Translations under genes and position numbers: made by a program
Notes under the pieces: generated by a model
Databases searched by the model: none
The model's input: only the letters and a program-made list of their open reading frames with translations
Told to the model about the DNA's origin: nothing
NCBI RefSeq assembly: GCF_018350175.1
Contig: NW_025408521.1
Location: 1-64,000, forward strand
Direction of reading: 5' to 3'
Length of the DNA: 64,000 nt
From: Felis catus
Lineage: Eukaryota
Part shown: positions 24,380 to 36,845 of the stretch, in pieces
How the letters are laid out: every line of letters starts with the position of its first letter
Position numbering within the stretch: position 1 is the stretch's first letter

Positions 24380-27300
24380 ATCCTCCTCTCCGGGGCTGTC
24401 ACTTACCATGGCTCATCATGGCTGATCCTCTCCGGGCCTCCTCGCCAGGGACTGCTCGCCTCGGGCCTCCTCATCCGGGGCTGTCACTTACCATGGCTCA
24501 TCATGCCTGAAGCCTCTCCCTGTACCTGAATGCAGCCTCCAGACCATGGGGTCTCAGCTAGGAAACTTCCGGGAAAGGTTCGAGTAGTGGGAGACACAGA
24601 ATCCCAAGGAGACCCTCCAGCGGCTGTGCAGTGAGCACAAAATCCCAAGCGAGACATATGCCTGAATCCTAAAAGCCAACAAACCTTGTGGTCTCAGGTC
24701 CGAAAGTCCCGGGTTAGGACCGAGGAATGCCAGACACAGTCCCAAACACCTGCTATGAGCTGCGGCCTCCAGGCCCTGAGTCAATTACCATGGCTCACCT
24801 TGGCTGAAGCTGCTCCCTGTACCTGAGAGAAAGGGGTCACAGAATACCAAACACCCTCCAGAACCTGGGGTCTCAGCTTAGAATCTCCTGGAAATTGTCC
24901 CAGAAATCAGAGAGACACAGAAACCCAAGCAGCCCATCCAGGGATGTGCAGCGAGCACAAAATCCCAAGGGAGACATAAGCTAGACACAAAAAACCCTGT
25001 GGTCTCAGATCAGAAATTCCCGAGATAGGTCAGATGGATGCCAGACACACAACCCCAATAAGCTACTGTGAGACCCGGCTTTGAGACCGGGAGTCAATTA
25101 CCATGCCTTTCCATGGCTGAGGCCGCTCCCTGTACCTGAGAGAATGGGGTCACACAATCACAAACACCGGCAGACCCTGGGATCCCTGCTCAGAACCTCC
25201 GGGCAAGTACCGAGGGATTGGAATGGGTAGTGCCCCTGCTCGCCCCAGGCCCCCAGGCTCGCCCCGGGACTCCTCACCCCAGGGCTGCTCACCCCGGGCC
25301 TCCTCGCCCGGGCCTGGTCGCCCCGGGCCACCTCCCCCGGGGCTGCTCGCCCCGGGGTCTCCTCGCCCGGGGCTGCTCGTCCCAGGACACCCTCGCCCGG
25401 GGCTGCTCGCCCCGGGCCTCCTCGCCCGGGGCTGTCCCTTACATTGGCTCATCATGCCTGAAGCCTTTCCATGTACCTGAGAGAAACGGGTCAGAGTATC
25501 CCACACAGGCTACAGACCATGGGGTATGAGCTGAGAAACATACGCGGAATTTTAGAGAAGTGGGAGACACAGAATCCCAAGCAGCCCCTCCAGCGGCTAT
25601 GCAGCGAGCACAAAATCCCAAAGAGACATATGCCTGAATCCTAAAAAGCCAACAAACCCTTCCTCTCAGCTCAGAAACTCCCGGGAAAGGACCGAGGGAT
25701 GGGGACACAGAATCCCAAACACCTGCTACGAGCCCCGGCCTCCAGGCCCTGAGTCACTACCATGGCTCACCATGGATAGAGCCGCTGCCTGTACCTGAGA
25801 GAAAAGGGTCACAGAACCCGAAACAGCCTCGAGACCCTGGGGTCTAATCTCAGAATCTCCCCGGAAAGGTCTGAGGGATTGGAGACACAGAATGGGGAGC
25901 GCCCCGCTCACCCCGGGCCCCCAGGCCCGGGGCTGGAGGCCCGGGGCTGCTCGCCCCGGGCCTCCACCCCCGGGGCTGCTCGCCCCAGGGCTCCTCGCCC
26001 GGAGCTGCTCGCCCCGGGCCTCCTCGCCGGGGGCTGTCTCTTACCATGGCTCATCATGCCTGAAGCTTCTCCCTATACCTGAGAGAAACGGGTCAGGGTA
26101 TCCCACACAGCCTCCAGACCATGGGGTCTCAGCTGAGACACTTACACGAAAGGTTGGAGAAGTGGGAGACACAGAGTCCCAAGCAGCCCCTCCAGCGGCT
26201 ATGCAGCAAGCACAAAATCCCAAGGAGACATATGCCTGAATCCTAAAAAGCCCACAAAACCTTGCTCTGAGCTCAGAAATTCCCGGGATAAAACCGAGGT
26301 ATGAGAGATAGAATCCCAAACAACTGATACGAGCACCGGCCTCCAGGCCCTGAGACATTACATTGGCTCACCATGGCTGAAGCCACTCCCTGTACCTGAG
26401 AGAAATGGATCAGACTATCCCACACAGCCTCCACACCATGGGGTCTCAGCTGAGAAACTTACGGGGAAGGTTGGAGAAGTGGGAGACACAGAATCCCAAG
26501 CAGCCCCTCCAGAAGCAATGCAGGGAGCACAAAATCCCAAGGAAACATATGCCTGAATCCTAAAAAGCCAACAAACCCTTCCTCTCACCTCAGAAACTCC
26601 CGGGTTAGGACCGAGGGATGCGAGACCCAGAATCCCAAACACCTGCTACGACCCATGGCCTGAGGCCCTGAGTCATTACGATGGCTCACCTTGGCTGAAG
26701 CCGCTCCCTTTACCTGAGAGAAAGGGGTCACAGAACCTGAAACAGACTCCAGACACTAGGGTCTCAGCTGAGAAACTCCCCGGAAAGGTCCGATGGAATC
26801 GAGACACAGAATAGGAAGTCGGCACTCGCCCCGGACCTCCCGGCCTGGGGCTGCTCGCCCGGGGCCTCCTCGCACCGGGCCTGCTCGCCCCGGGCCTCCT
26901 GGCCTGGGGCTGTCTCTTATCATGGCTCATCATGCCTGAAGCCTCTCCCTCTACCTGAGAGAAACGGGTCAGAGTATCCCACACAGCCTCCAGACCATGG
27001 GGTCTCAGCTGTGAAATGTACAGGGAAGGTTGCAGAAGTGGGAGACACAGAATTCCAAGCAGCCCCTCCAGGGGCTATGCAGCGAGCACAAAATCCCAAG
27101 GAATTATATGGCTGAATCCTAAAAAGCCAACAAACCCTTCCTCTCAGCTCAGAAACTCCAGGGTTAGGACCGAGGGATACGAGACCCAGAATCACAAACA
27201 CCTGCTACGACCCCCGGCCTCTACGTTCTGAGTCATTACCATGGCTCACCATGGTTGAAGCCCCTCCCTGTACCTAGAGAAAGGGGTCACAGGACCCAAA

Positions 27301-28014
27301 ACAGTCTCCAGACACTGGGGTCTCAGCTCAGAAACTCCCCAGAAAGGTGGGAGGGATTGGGGACAGAAAATGGGAAGTGCCCCGCTCGCCCGGGGCCTCC
27401 TAGCCTGGGGCTGCTCACCCAGGGATGCTCGCTTGGGGCCTCCACGCCCGGGACTGCTAGCACCGAGCCTCCTCGCCCAGGGCTGCTCGCCCGGGGCCTC
27501 CTCGCACCGGGCCTGCTCGCCCCGGGCCTCCTGGCCTGGGGCTGTCTCTTATCATGGCTCATCATGCCTGAAGCCTCTCCCTCTACCTGAGAGAAACGGG
27601 TCAGAGTATCCCACACAGCCTCCAGACCATGGGGTCTCAGCTGTGAAATGTACAGGGAAGGTTGCAGAAGTGGGAGACACAGAATTCCAAGCAGCCCCTC
27701 CAGGGGCTATGCAGCGAGCACAAAATCCCAAGGAATTATATGGCTGAATCCTAAAAAGCCAACAAACCCTTCCTCTCAGCTCAGAAACTCCAGGGTTAGG
27801 ACCGAGGGATACGAGACCCAGAATCACAAACACCTGCTACGACCCCCGGCCTCTACGTTCTGAGTCATTACCATGGCTCACCATGGTTGAAGCCCCTCCC
27901 TGTACCTAGAGAAAGGGGTCACAGGACCCAAAACAGTCTCCAGACACTGGGGTCTCAGCTCAGAAACTCCCCAGAAAGGTGGGAGGGATTGGGGACAGAA
28001 AATGGGAAGTGCCC

Positions 28015-28915
28015 CGCTCGCCCGGGGCCTCCTAGCCTGGGGCTGCTCACCCAGGGATGCTCGCTTGGGGCCTCCACGCCCGGGACTGCTAGCCCCGAGC
28101 CTCCTCGCCCAGGGCTGCTCGCCTGGGGCCTCCACGCCCGGGGCGGCTAGCCGCGGGCCTCCTCGCCCGGGGCTGCTCCCCTGGGGCCTCCAGGAACGGG
28201 GTGGCTCACCCGGGGCCTCCATGCCCGGGGCTGCTCGCCCGGGGCCTCCTCACCTGCGGCTGCTCTCCCGGGGCCTCCAGGTCCGGGGCAGCTCGACCGG
28301 GGCCTCCTCGCCAGGGTCCTGGTCGCCCGGGGCCTGCTCACCCGGGGCCTCCTCGCCCGGGGCTGCTCGCCCAGGGCCTCCAGACCCGGGGCTGCTCGCC
28401 CGGGGCCACCAGGACCGGGGCTGCTCGCCCGGGGCCTCCTGGCCCGGGGCTGCTCGCCCGGGGCCTCCTGGCCCGGGGCTGCTCGCCCGGGGCCTCCTGG
28501 CCCGGGGCTGCTCGCCCGGGAACTCCTCGACCGGGGCTGCTCGCCCGGGAACTCCTCGACCGGGGCTGCTCGCCCGGGAACTCCTCGACCGGGGCTGCTC
28601 GCCCGGGGACTCCTCGCCCGGGGCAGCTCGCCTGGGGCCCCCTGGCCCGTGCTGCTCGCTCGGAGCCTCCTCGCCCGGGGCTGCTCGCCCGGGGACCCCT
28701 GGCCCGGGGCTGCTCGCCAGAGGCCTCCATATGCAGGGCTGCTAGCCCGGGGCCTCCAGGCCCGGGGCTACTCGCCCTGGGCCTCCAGGCCCAGGGCTGC
28801 TCACCCGGAGCCTCCTCGCCCTGGGCAACTCGCCCCGGGACTCCAGGCCCAGGGCTACTCGCCCAGAGCCTCCTCACCCGGGGCTGCTCGCCCCTGGCCT
28901 CCTCGCACGGGGCTG
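28015..28915 (+). repeat. Expanded 29-bp GC-rich minisatellite tract (~0.9 kb)
   Basis: Alternating gcccggggctgctc and gcccggggcctcc(tc/ag/ac) half-units; paralogous tract at ~32892-33760. Confidence 0.9.
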
Positions 28916-31900
28916 TCCCTTACCATGGCTCATCATGCCTGAAGCCATACCCTCTACCTGAGAGAAATGGGTCAGAGTATCCCACACAGCCTCCAGACCA
29001 TGGGGTCTCAGCTGTGAAATGTACAGGGAAGGTTGCAGAATGGGAGACACAGAATTCCAAGCAGCCCCTCCAGGGGCTATGCAGCAAGCACAAATTCCAA
29101 GGAAGTAGATGGCTAAATCCTAAAAAGCCAACAAACCCTTCCTCTCAGCTCAGAAACTCCCGGGTTAGGACCGAGGGATAGGAGACCCAGAATCACAAAC
29201 ACCTGCTACGACCCCCGGCCTCTAGGTTCTGAGTCATTACCATGGCTCACCATGGTTGAAGCCCCTCCCTGTACCTAGAGAAAGGGGTCACAGGACCCGA
29301 AACAGTCTCCAGACACTGGGGTCTCAGCTCAGAAACTCCCCAGAAAGGTGGGAAGGATTGGGGACACAAAATGGGAAGTGCCCCATTCGCCCGGGGCCTC
29401 CTCGCCCGGGGCTGCTCACCCGGGGACGCTCGCCAGGGGCCTCCATCCCCGGGGCTGCCTGCCCCAGGCCTCCACGCCCGGGGCTGCTAGCCCCAGGCTC
29501 CTAGACCGGGACTGCTCCCCTATGGCCTCTCAGGCCCGGGGTTGCTCGCCCAGGGCCTCCACGCCCGGGGCTGCTAGCCCCGGGCTTCCTCGCCTGGGAC
29601 TGCTCGCCTGGGGCCTCCAGTACTGGGGTTGCTCACCCGGAGCCTCCATGCCCGGGGCTGCTCGCCCGAGGCCTCCTCGCCTAGGGCTGCTCGCCCGGGG
29701 TCTCCTCGCCCGGGGCTGCTCACCAGAGGCCTCCAGATGTGGGGCTGCTCGCCCGGGCCTCCTGGCCCGGGGCTGCTCGCCCGGGGCTGCTCGCCAGAGG
29801 CCTCCATATGCACGGCTGCTAGCCCGGGGCCTCCAGACCCGGGGAAAGTCGCCCTGGGCCTCCAGGCCCAGGGCTGCTCTCCCGGAGCCTCCTCGCCCGG
29901 GGCAACTCGCCCCGGGACTCCAGGCCCAGGGCTACTCGCCCGGAGCCTCCTCACCCAGGGCTGCTCGCCCCTGGCCTCCTCGCACGGGGCTGTCCCTTAC
30001 CATGGCTCATCATGCCTGAAGCCACTCCCTCTACCTGAGAGAAACGGGTCAGAGTATCCCACACAGCCTCCAGACCATGGGGTCTCAGCTGTGAAATGTA
30101 CTGGGAAGGTTGCAGAAGTGGGAGACACAGAATTCCAAGCAGCCCCTCCAGGGTCTATGCAGCGAGCACAAAATCCCAAGGAATTATATGGCTGAATCCT
30201 AAAAAGCCAACAAACCCTTCCTCTCAGCTCAGAAACTCCCGGGTTAGGACCGAGGGATACGAGACCCAGAATCACAAACACCTGCTACGACCCCCGGCCT
30301 CTAGGTTCTGAGTCATTACCATGGCTCGCCATGGCTGAAGCCCCTCCCTGTACCTAGAGAAAGGGGTCACAGGACCCGAAACAGCCTCCAGACACTAGGG
30401 TCTCAGCTGAGAAACACCCTGGAAATGTCCGATGGTTTGGAGACACAGAATGGGAAGTGCCCCACTCGCCCGGGGCCTCCTAGCCTGGGGCTGCTCAACC
30501 GGGGATGCTCGCCAGGGGACTCCATGCCCGGGGCTGCTAGCCCCAGGCCTCCTCGCCCGGGGCTGCTTGCCTGTGACCTCCAGGCGCGGGGTTGCTCGCC
30601 CAGGGCCTCCACGCCCGGGGCTGCTAGCCCTGGGCCTCCTCGCCTGGGGCTGCTCGCCTGGGGCCTCCAGTACTGGGGTTGCTCACCCGGGGCCTCCATG
30701 CCCCGGGCTGCTCGCCCGAGGCTTCCTCGCCTAGGGCTGCTCGCCCGGGGTCTCCTCGTCCGGGGCTGCTCACCAGAGGCCTCCAGATGCGGGGCTGCTA
30801 GCCCGGGGCCTCCTCGCCCGGGGCTGCTCGCCCCTGGCCTCCTCACACGGGGCTGTCTCTTACCTTGGCTCATCATGCCTGAAGCCTCTTCCTCTACCTG
30901 AGAGTAATGGGTCAGAGTATCCCACATAGCCTCCAGACCATGGGGTCTCAGCTGTGAAATGTACAGGGAAGGTTGCAGAAGTGGGAGACACAGAATTCCA
31001 AGCAGCCCCTCCAGGGGCTATGCAGCGAGCACAAAATCCCAAGGAATTATATGCCTGAATTTAAAAAAGCCAACAAACCCTTCCTCTCAGCTCAGAAACT
31101 CCTGGGTTAGGACCGAGGGATGCGAGACCCAGAATCCCAAACACCTGCTACGACCCATGGCCTGAGGCCCTGAGTCATTACGATGGATCACCTTGGCTGA
31201 AGCCGCTCCCTTTACCTGAGAGAAAGGGGTCACAGAACCTGAAACAGCCTCCAGACACTAGGGTCTCAGCTGAGAAACTCCCCGGAAAGGTCCGATGGAA
31301 TCGAGACACAGAATAGGAAGTCGGCACTCGCCCCGGACCTCCCGGGCTGGGGCTGCTCGCCCGGGGCCTCCTCACACCGGGCCTGCTCGCCCCGGGCCTC
31401 CTGGCCTGGGGCTGTCTCTTATCATGGCTCATCATGCCTGAAGCCTCTCCCTCTACCTGAGAGAAACGGGTCAGAGTATCCCACACAGCCTCCAGACCAT
31501 GGGGTCTCAGCTGTGAAATGTACAGGGAAGGTTGCAGAAGTGGGAGACACAGAATTCCAAGCAGCCCCTCCAGGGGCTATGCAGCGAGCACAAAATCCCA
31601 AGGAATTATATGGCTGAATCCTAAAAAGCCAACAAACCCTTCCTCTCAGCTCAGAAACTCCAGGGTTAGGACCGAGGGATACGAGACCCAGAATCACAAA
31701 CACCTGCTACGACCCCCGGCCTCTACGTTCTGAGTCATTACCATGGCTCACCATGGTTGAAGCCCCTCCCTGTACCTAGAAAAAGGGGTCAGAGAACCCG
31801 AAACAGCCTCCAGACACTAGGGTCTCAGCAGAGAAACACCCTGGAAATGTCCGATGGTTTGGAGACACAGAATGGGAAGTGCCCCACTCGCTCCGGGCCT

Positions 31901-32891
31901 CCTCGCCCGGGGCTGCTCACCCGGGGATGCTCACCAGGGGCCTCCACGCCCGGGGCTGCTAGCCCCAGGCCTCCTCGCCCGGGGCTGCTAGCCCCAGGCC
32001 TCCACGCCCGGGGCTGCTAGCCCCAGGCCTCCTCGCCCGGGGCTGCTAGCCCCAGGCCTCCACGCCCGGGGCTGCTAGCCCCAGGCCTCCTCGCCCGGGG
32101 CTGCTAGCCCCAGGCCTCCTCGCCCTGGGCTGCTAGCCCCAGGCCTCCACGCCCGGGGCTGCTAGCCCCAGGCCTCCACGCCCGGGGCTGCTAGCCCCAG
32201 GCCTCCACGCCCGGGGCTGCTAGCCCCAGGCCTCTACGCCCGGGGCTGCTCGCCTGGGGCCTCCAGGACTGGGGTTGCTCGCCCGGGGCCTGAATGCCCG
32301 GGGCTGCTCGCCCGAGGCCTCCTCGCCTAGGGCTGCTCGCCCGGGGTCTCCTGCCCGGGGCTGCTCACCAGAGGCCTCCAGATGCGGGGCTGCTCGCCCC
32401 GGGCCTCCTCCACGGGGCTGTCTCTTACCTTGGCTCATCATGCCTGAAGCCTCTTCCTCTACCTGAGAGAAATGGGTCAGAGTATCCCACACAGCCTCCA
32501 GACCATGGGGTCTCAGCTGTGAAACATACGGGGAAGTTTGCAGAATTGGGAGACACAGAACTCAAAGCAGCCCCTCCAGGGGCTATGCAGCGAGCACAAA
32601 ATCCCACGGAATTATATGGCTGAATCCTAAAAAGCCAACAAACCCTTCCTCTCAGCTCAGAAACTCTCGGGTTAGGACCGAGGGATAGGAGACCCAGAAT
32701 CACAAACACCTGCTACAACCCCCGGACTCTAGGTTCTGAGTCATTACCATGGCTCACCATGGTTGAAGCCCCTCCCTGTACCTAGAGAAAGGGGTCACAG
32801 AACCCGAAACAGCCTCCAGACACTAGGGTCTCAGCTGAGAAACGCCCTGGAAATGTCCGATGGTTTGGAGACCCAGAATGGGAAGTACCCC

Positions 32892-33760
32892 ACTCGCCGT
32901 GGGCCTCCTCGCCTGGTGCTGCTCACCCGGGGCTTCTCGCCAGGGGCCTCCTCGACCGGGGCTGCTCGCCTGGAGCCTCCACGTCCGGGGCTGCTAGCCC
33001 CGGGCCTCCTCAACCAGGGCTGCTCGCCTGGGGCCTCCACGCCCGGGGCGGCTAGCCGCGGGCCTCCTCGCCGGGGCTGCTCGCCTGGGGCCTCCAGGAA
33101 CATGGTGGCTCACCCGGGGCCTCCATGCCCGGGGCTGCTCGCCCGAGGCCTCCTCACCTGGTGCTGCTCTCCCGGGGCCTCCAGGTCCGGGGCAGCTTGA
33201 CCGGGGCCTCCTCGCCAGGGTCCTGGTCGCCCGGGGCCTGCTCACCCAGGGCCTCCTCGCCCAGGGCTGCTCGCCCAGGGCCTCCAGACCCGGGGCTGCT
33301 CACCCGCGTCCACCAGGCCCGGGGCTGCTCGCCCGGGGCCTCCTGGCCCGGGGCTGCTCGCCCGAGAACTCCTCGATCAGGGCTGCTCGCCCGGGGCCGC
33401 CTGGCCCGGGGCTGCTCGCCCGGGGACTCCTCGCCCGGGGCCGCTCGCCTGGGGCCCCCTGGCCCGTGCTGCTCGCTCGGAGCCTCCTCACCCGGGGCTG
33501 CTCGTCCGGGGCCTCCTGGCCCAGGGCTGCTCGCCCGGGGAATCCTCGCCGGAGGCTGCTTGCCAGAGGCCTCCATATGCAGGGCTGCCAGCCCGGGGCC
33601 TCCAGGCCCGGGGCTAGTCGCCCTGGGCCTCCAGGCCCAGGGCTGCTCGCCCGGAGCCTCCTCGCCCGGGGCAACTCGCCCCGGGACTCCAGGCCCAGGG
33701 CTACTCGCCCGGTGCCTCCTCACCCGGGGCTGCTCGCCCCTGGCCTCCTCGCACGGGGCT
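32892..33760 (+). repeat. Expanded 29-bp GC-rich minisatellite tract, paralogue of 28015-28915
   Basis: Same ordered variants (ggcggctagccgcggg, ccaggaac, ccagggtcctggtcg, ggccccctggcccgtgc, ccatatgcagggc). Confidence 0.88.
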
Positions 33761-35094
33761 GTCCCTTACCATGGCTCATCATGCCTGAAGCCACTCCCTC
33801 TACCTGAGAGAAATGGGTCAGAGTATCCCACACAGCCTCCAGACCATGGGGTCTCAGCTGTGAAACATATGGGGAAGGTTGCAGAAGTGGGAGACAGAGA
33901 ACTCAAGCAGCCCCTCCAGGGGCTATGCAGCGAGCACAAAATCCCACGGAATTATATGGCTGAATCCTAAAAAGCCAACAAACCCTTCCTCTCAGCTCAG
34001 AAACTCCAGGGTTAGGACCGAGGGATACGAGACCCAGAATCACAAACACCTGCTACAACCCCCGGACTCTAGGTTCTGAGTCATTACCATGGCTTACCAT
34101 GGTTGAAGCCCCTCCCTGTACCTAGAGAAAGGGGTCACAGAACCCGAAACAGCCTCCAGACACTAGGGTCTGAGCTGAGAAACTCCCTGGAAATGTCAGA
34201 TGGTTTGGAGACACAGAATGGGAAGTGCCCCGCTCGCCGGGGGCCTCCTCGCCTGGGGCTGCTCACCCGGGGCTTCTTCTAGGGGCCTCCAAGCCCGGGG
34301 CTGCTAGCCCCAGGCCTCCTCGCCCAGGGCTGCTTGCCTGCGACCTCCAGGCCCGGGGTTGCTTGCCCAGGGCCTCCACGCCCGGGGCTGCTAGCCCTGG
34401 GCCTCCTCGCCTGGGGCTGCTCGCCTGGGGCGTCCAGTACTGGGGTTGCTCACCCGGGGCCTCCATGCCCGGGCCTGCTCGCCCGAGGCCTCCTCGCCTA
34501 GGGCTGCTCGCCCGGGGTCTCCTCGCCCGGGGCTGCTCACCAGAGGCCTCCAGATGCGGGGCTGCTAGCCCGGGGCCTCCTCGCCCGGGGCTGCTCGCCC
34601 CGGGCCTCCTCACACGGGGCTGTCTCTTACCTTGGCTCATCATGCCTGAAGCCTCTTCCTCTACCTGAGAGAAATGGGTCAGAGTATCCCACACAGCCTC
34701 CAGACCATGGGGTCTCAGCTGTGAAATGTACAGGGAAGGTTGCAGAAGTGGGAGACACAGAATTCCAAGCAGCCCCTCCATGGGCTATGCAGCGAACACA
34801 AAATCCCAAGGAATTATATGCCTGAATTTTAAAAAGCCAACAAACCCTTCCTCTCAGCTGAGAAACTCCCGGGTTAGGACGGAGGGATGGGAGACCCAGA
34901 ATCACAAACACCTGCTATGACCCCCGGCCTCTAGGTTCTGAGTCATTACCATGGCTCACCATGGTTGAAGCCCCTCCCTGTACCTAGAGAAAGGGGTCAA
35001 AGAACCCGAAACAGCCTCCAGACACTAGGGTCTCAGCAGAGAAACACCCTGGAAATGTCCGATGGTTTGGAGACCCAGAATGGGAAGTGCCCCA

Positions 35095-36845
35095 CTCGCC
35101 CGGGGCCTCCTCGCCCGGGGCTGCTCACCCGGGGATGCTCGACAGGGGCCTCCAAGCCCGGGGCTGCTCGCATGGGGCCTCCAGGACCGGGGTTGTTCGC
35201 CCGGGGCCTCCAGGACTGTGGCTGCTCGCCCGAGGCCTCCTCGCCTGGGGCTGCTCGCCCGGGGACTCCTCACCCGTGGCCTCTTGCCCGGGGCCTCCAG
35301 GCCCGGGGCTGCTCGCCCGGGGCCTCCTGGCCTGAGGCTGCTCGCCCGGGGCCTCATCGCCCGGGGTTGCTCGCCAGGAGCCTCCAGGCCCGAGGCTGTT
35401 ACCCCGGGGCCTCCTCGCCCGAGGCTGCTCGATCGGGGCCTCCTCAACCGGGGCTGCTCGCCCGGGTGCTCCTCGCCCGGGGTTCCAGGCCCGTGACTGC
35501 TCAACCGGGGCCTCCTCCCCCGGGGCTGCTCGTCCGGTGCCTCCTCGCCCGGGGCTGCTCGCCAGGGGCCTCCTCTCCCGAGGCTGCTTGCCCGGGGGCC
35601 TCCAGGCCCGGGGCAGCTCGCCCTGGGCCTCCATGCCCGGGGTTGCTCGCCCCGGGCCTCCACGCCTGGGGCTGCTAGCCCCGGGCCTCGTCGCCTGGGG
35701 CTGCTCGCCTGGGGCCTCCATTCCCGGGGCTGCTCGCCCAGGGCCTCCTCGCCCGAGGCTGATCGCCCGGGGCCTCCAGGTCTGGGGCTGCTCGCCCGAG
35801 GACTCCAGGCCCGGTGCTGCTCGCCCGGGGCCTCCTGGCCCGAGACTGATCGCCCGGGGCCTCCAGGCCCGGGGCAGCTTGACCGGGGCCTCCTCGCCCG
35901 GGGCCTGCTCACCCGGGGTCTCCTCGCACGGGCATTCTCGCCCGGGGCCTCCAGGCGCGGGGCTGCACGCCCGGGGCCTCTAGGCCCGGGGCAGCTCGCC
36001 CTGGGCTTCCAGGCCCGGTGTTGCTAGGTCGGTGCCTTCTCGTCCGAGGCTGATCGCCCGGGCCTACAGGCCTGGTGCAGCTCGACCGGGGCCTCCTCGC
36101 CCGGGGCCTTCTCGCCCGAGGCTGCTCGCCCGGGGCCTCCATGCCCGGCGCTGCTCACCCGGGGCCTCCTCGCCCGAGACTGATCGCCCGGGGCCTCCTC
36201 GCCCGGGGTTGCTCGCCCGGGGCCTCCAGGCGCGGGGCTGCACGCCCGGGGCCTCTAGGCTCGGGGCAGCTCGCCCTGGGCTTCCAGGCCCGGTGTTGCT
36301 AGGTCGGTGCCTTCTCGCCCGAGGCTGATCGCCCGGGCCTACAGGCCTGGGGCAGCTCGACCGGGGCCTCCTCGCCCGGGGCCTTCTCGCCCGAGGCTGC
36401 TCGCCCGGGGCCTCCATGCCCGGCGCTGCTCGCCCGGGGCCTCCTCGCCCGAGACTGATCGCCCGGGGCCTCCTCGCCCGGGGTTGCTCGCCCGGGGCCT
36501 CCAGGCCTGGGGCAGCTCGACCGGGGCCTCCTCGCCCGGGGCATCCTCGCCTGGGGCCTCCAGGCACGGGGCTGCACACCGGGGCCTCCAATCCCGGGGC
36601 TGCTCGCCCGAGGCCTCCAGGCCCGGGGCTGCTCGCCCGGGGCTTCCAGGCCCGGGGCTGCTCGCCAGGTCCTCTTCGCCCGGGGCTGCTCGCGCGGGGC
36701 CTCTTTGCCTGGAGCAGCTCGCCCCGGGCCTCCTCTCCCTGGGCTGCTTGGCTGTGGCCTCCTCGCCCGGGGCTCCTCGCCCGGGGCCAATACGCACAGG
36801 GCTGCTCGCCCGGCGCCTCCCCGTCCGGGACTCCTCTCCCGGGGC
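35095..36845 (+). repeat. Longest 29-bp minisatellite tract (~1.75 kb) with an internal 275-bp duplication
   Basis: Continuous 14/15-bp half-units. The block containing 'gttgctaggtcggtgccttctcg' recurs at ~36020 and ~36295 (ORFs 36032/36307). Confidence 0.9.

Larger units (their letters stand above)
24380..36845 (+). repeat. Second composite satellite: ~318-bp and ~140-bp subunits starting 'ccatggctca(c/t)catg(g/c)ctgaagcc', interleaved with variable 29-bp minisatellite tracts
   Basis: Subunit heads near 24491, 24789, 25101, 25442, 25760, 26044, 26361, 26680, 26921, 27240, 27553 and onward. Recurrent motifs tacctgagagaaa, ctcagctgagaaact, gagacacagaatcccaa, gagcacaaaatcccaagg. Confidence 0.9.

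Noticed and set aside
24380..36845. CRISPR-like repeat/spacer appearance
   Set aside because: Mammalian context (L1, Can-SINE), no cas genes, and the 'spacers' are themselves tandem repeats.
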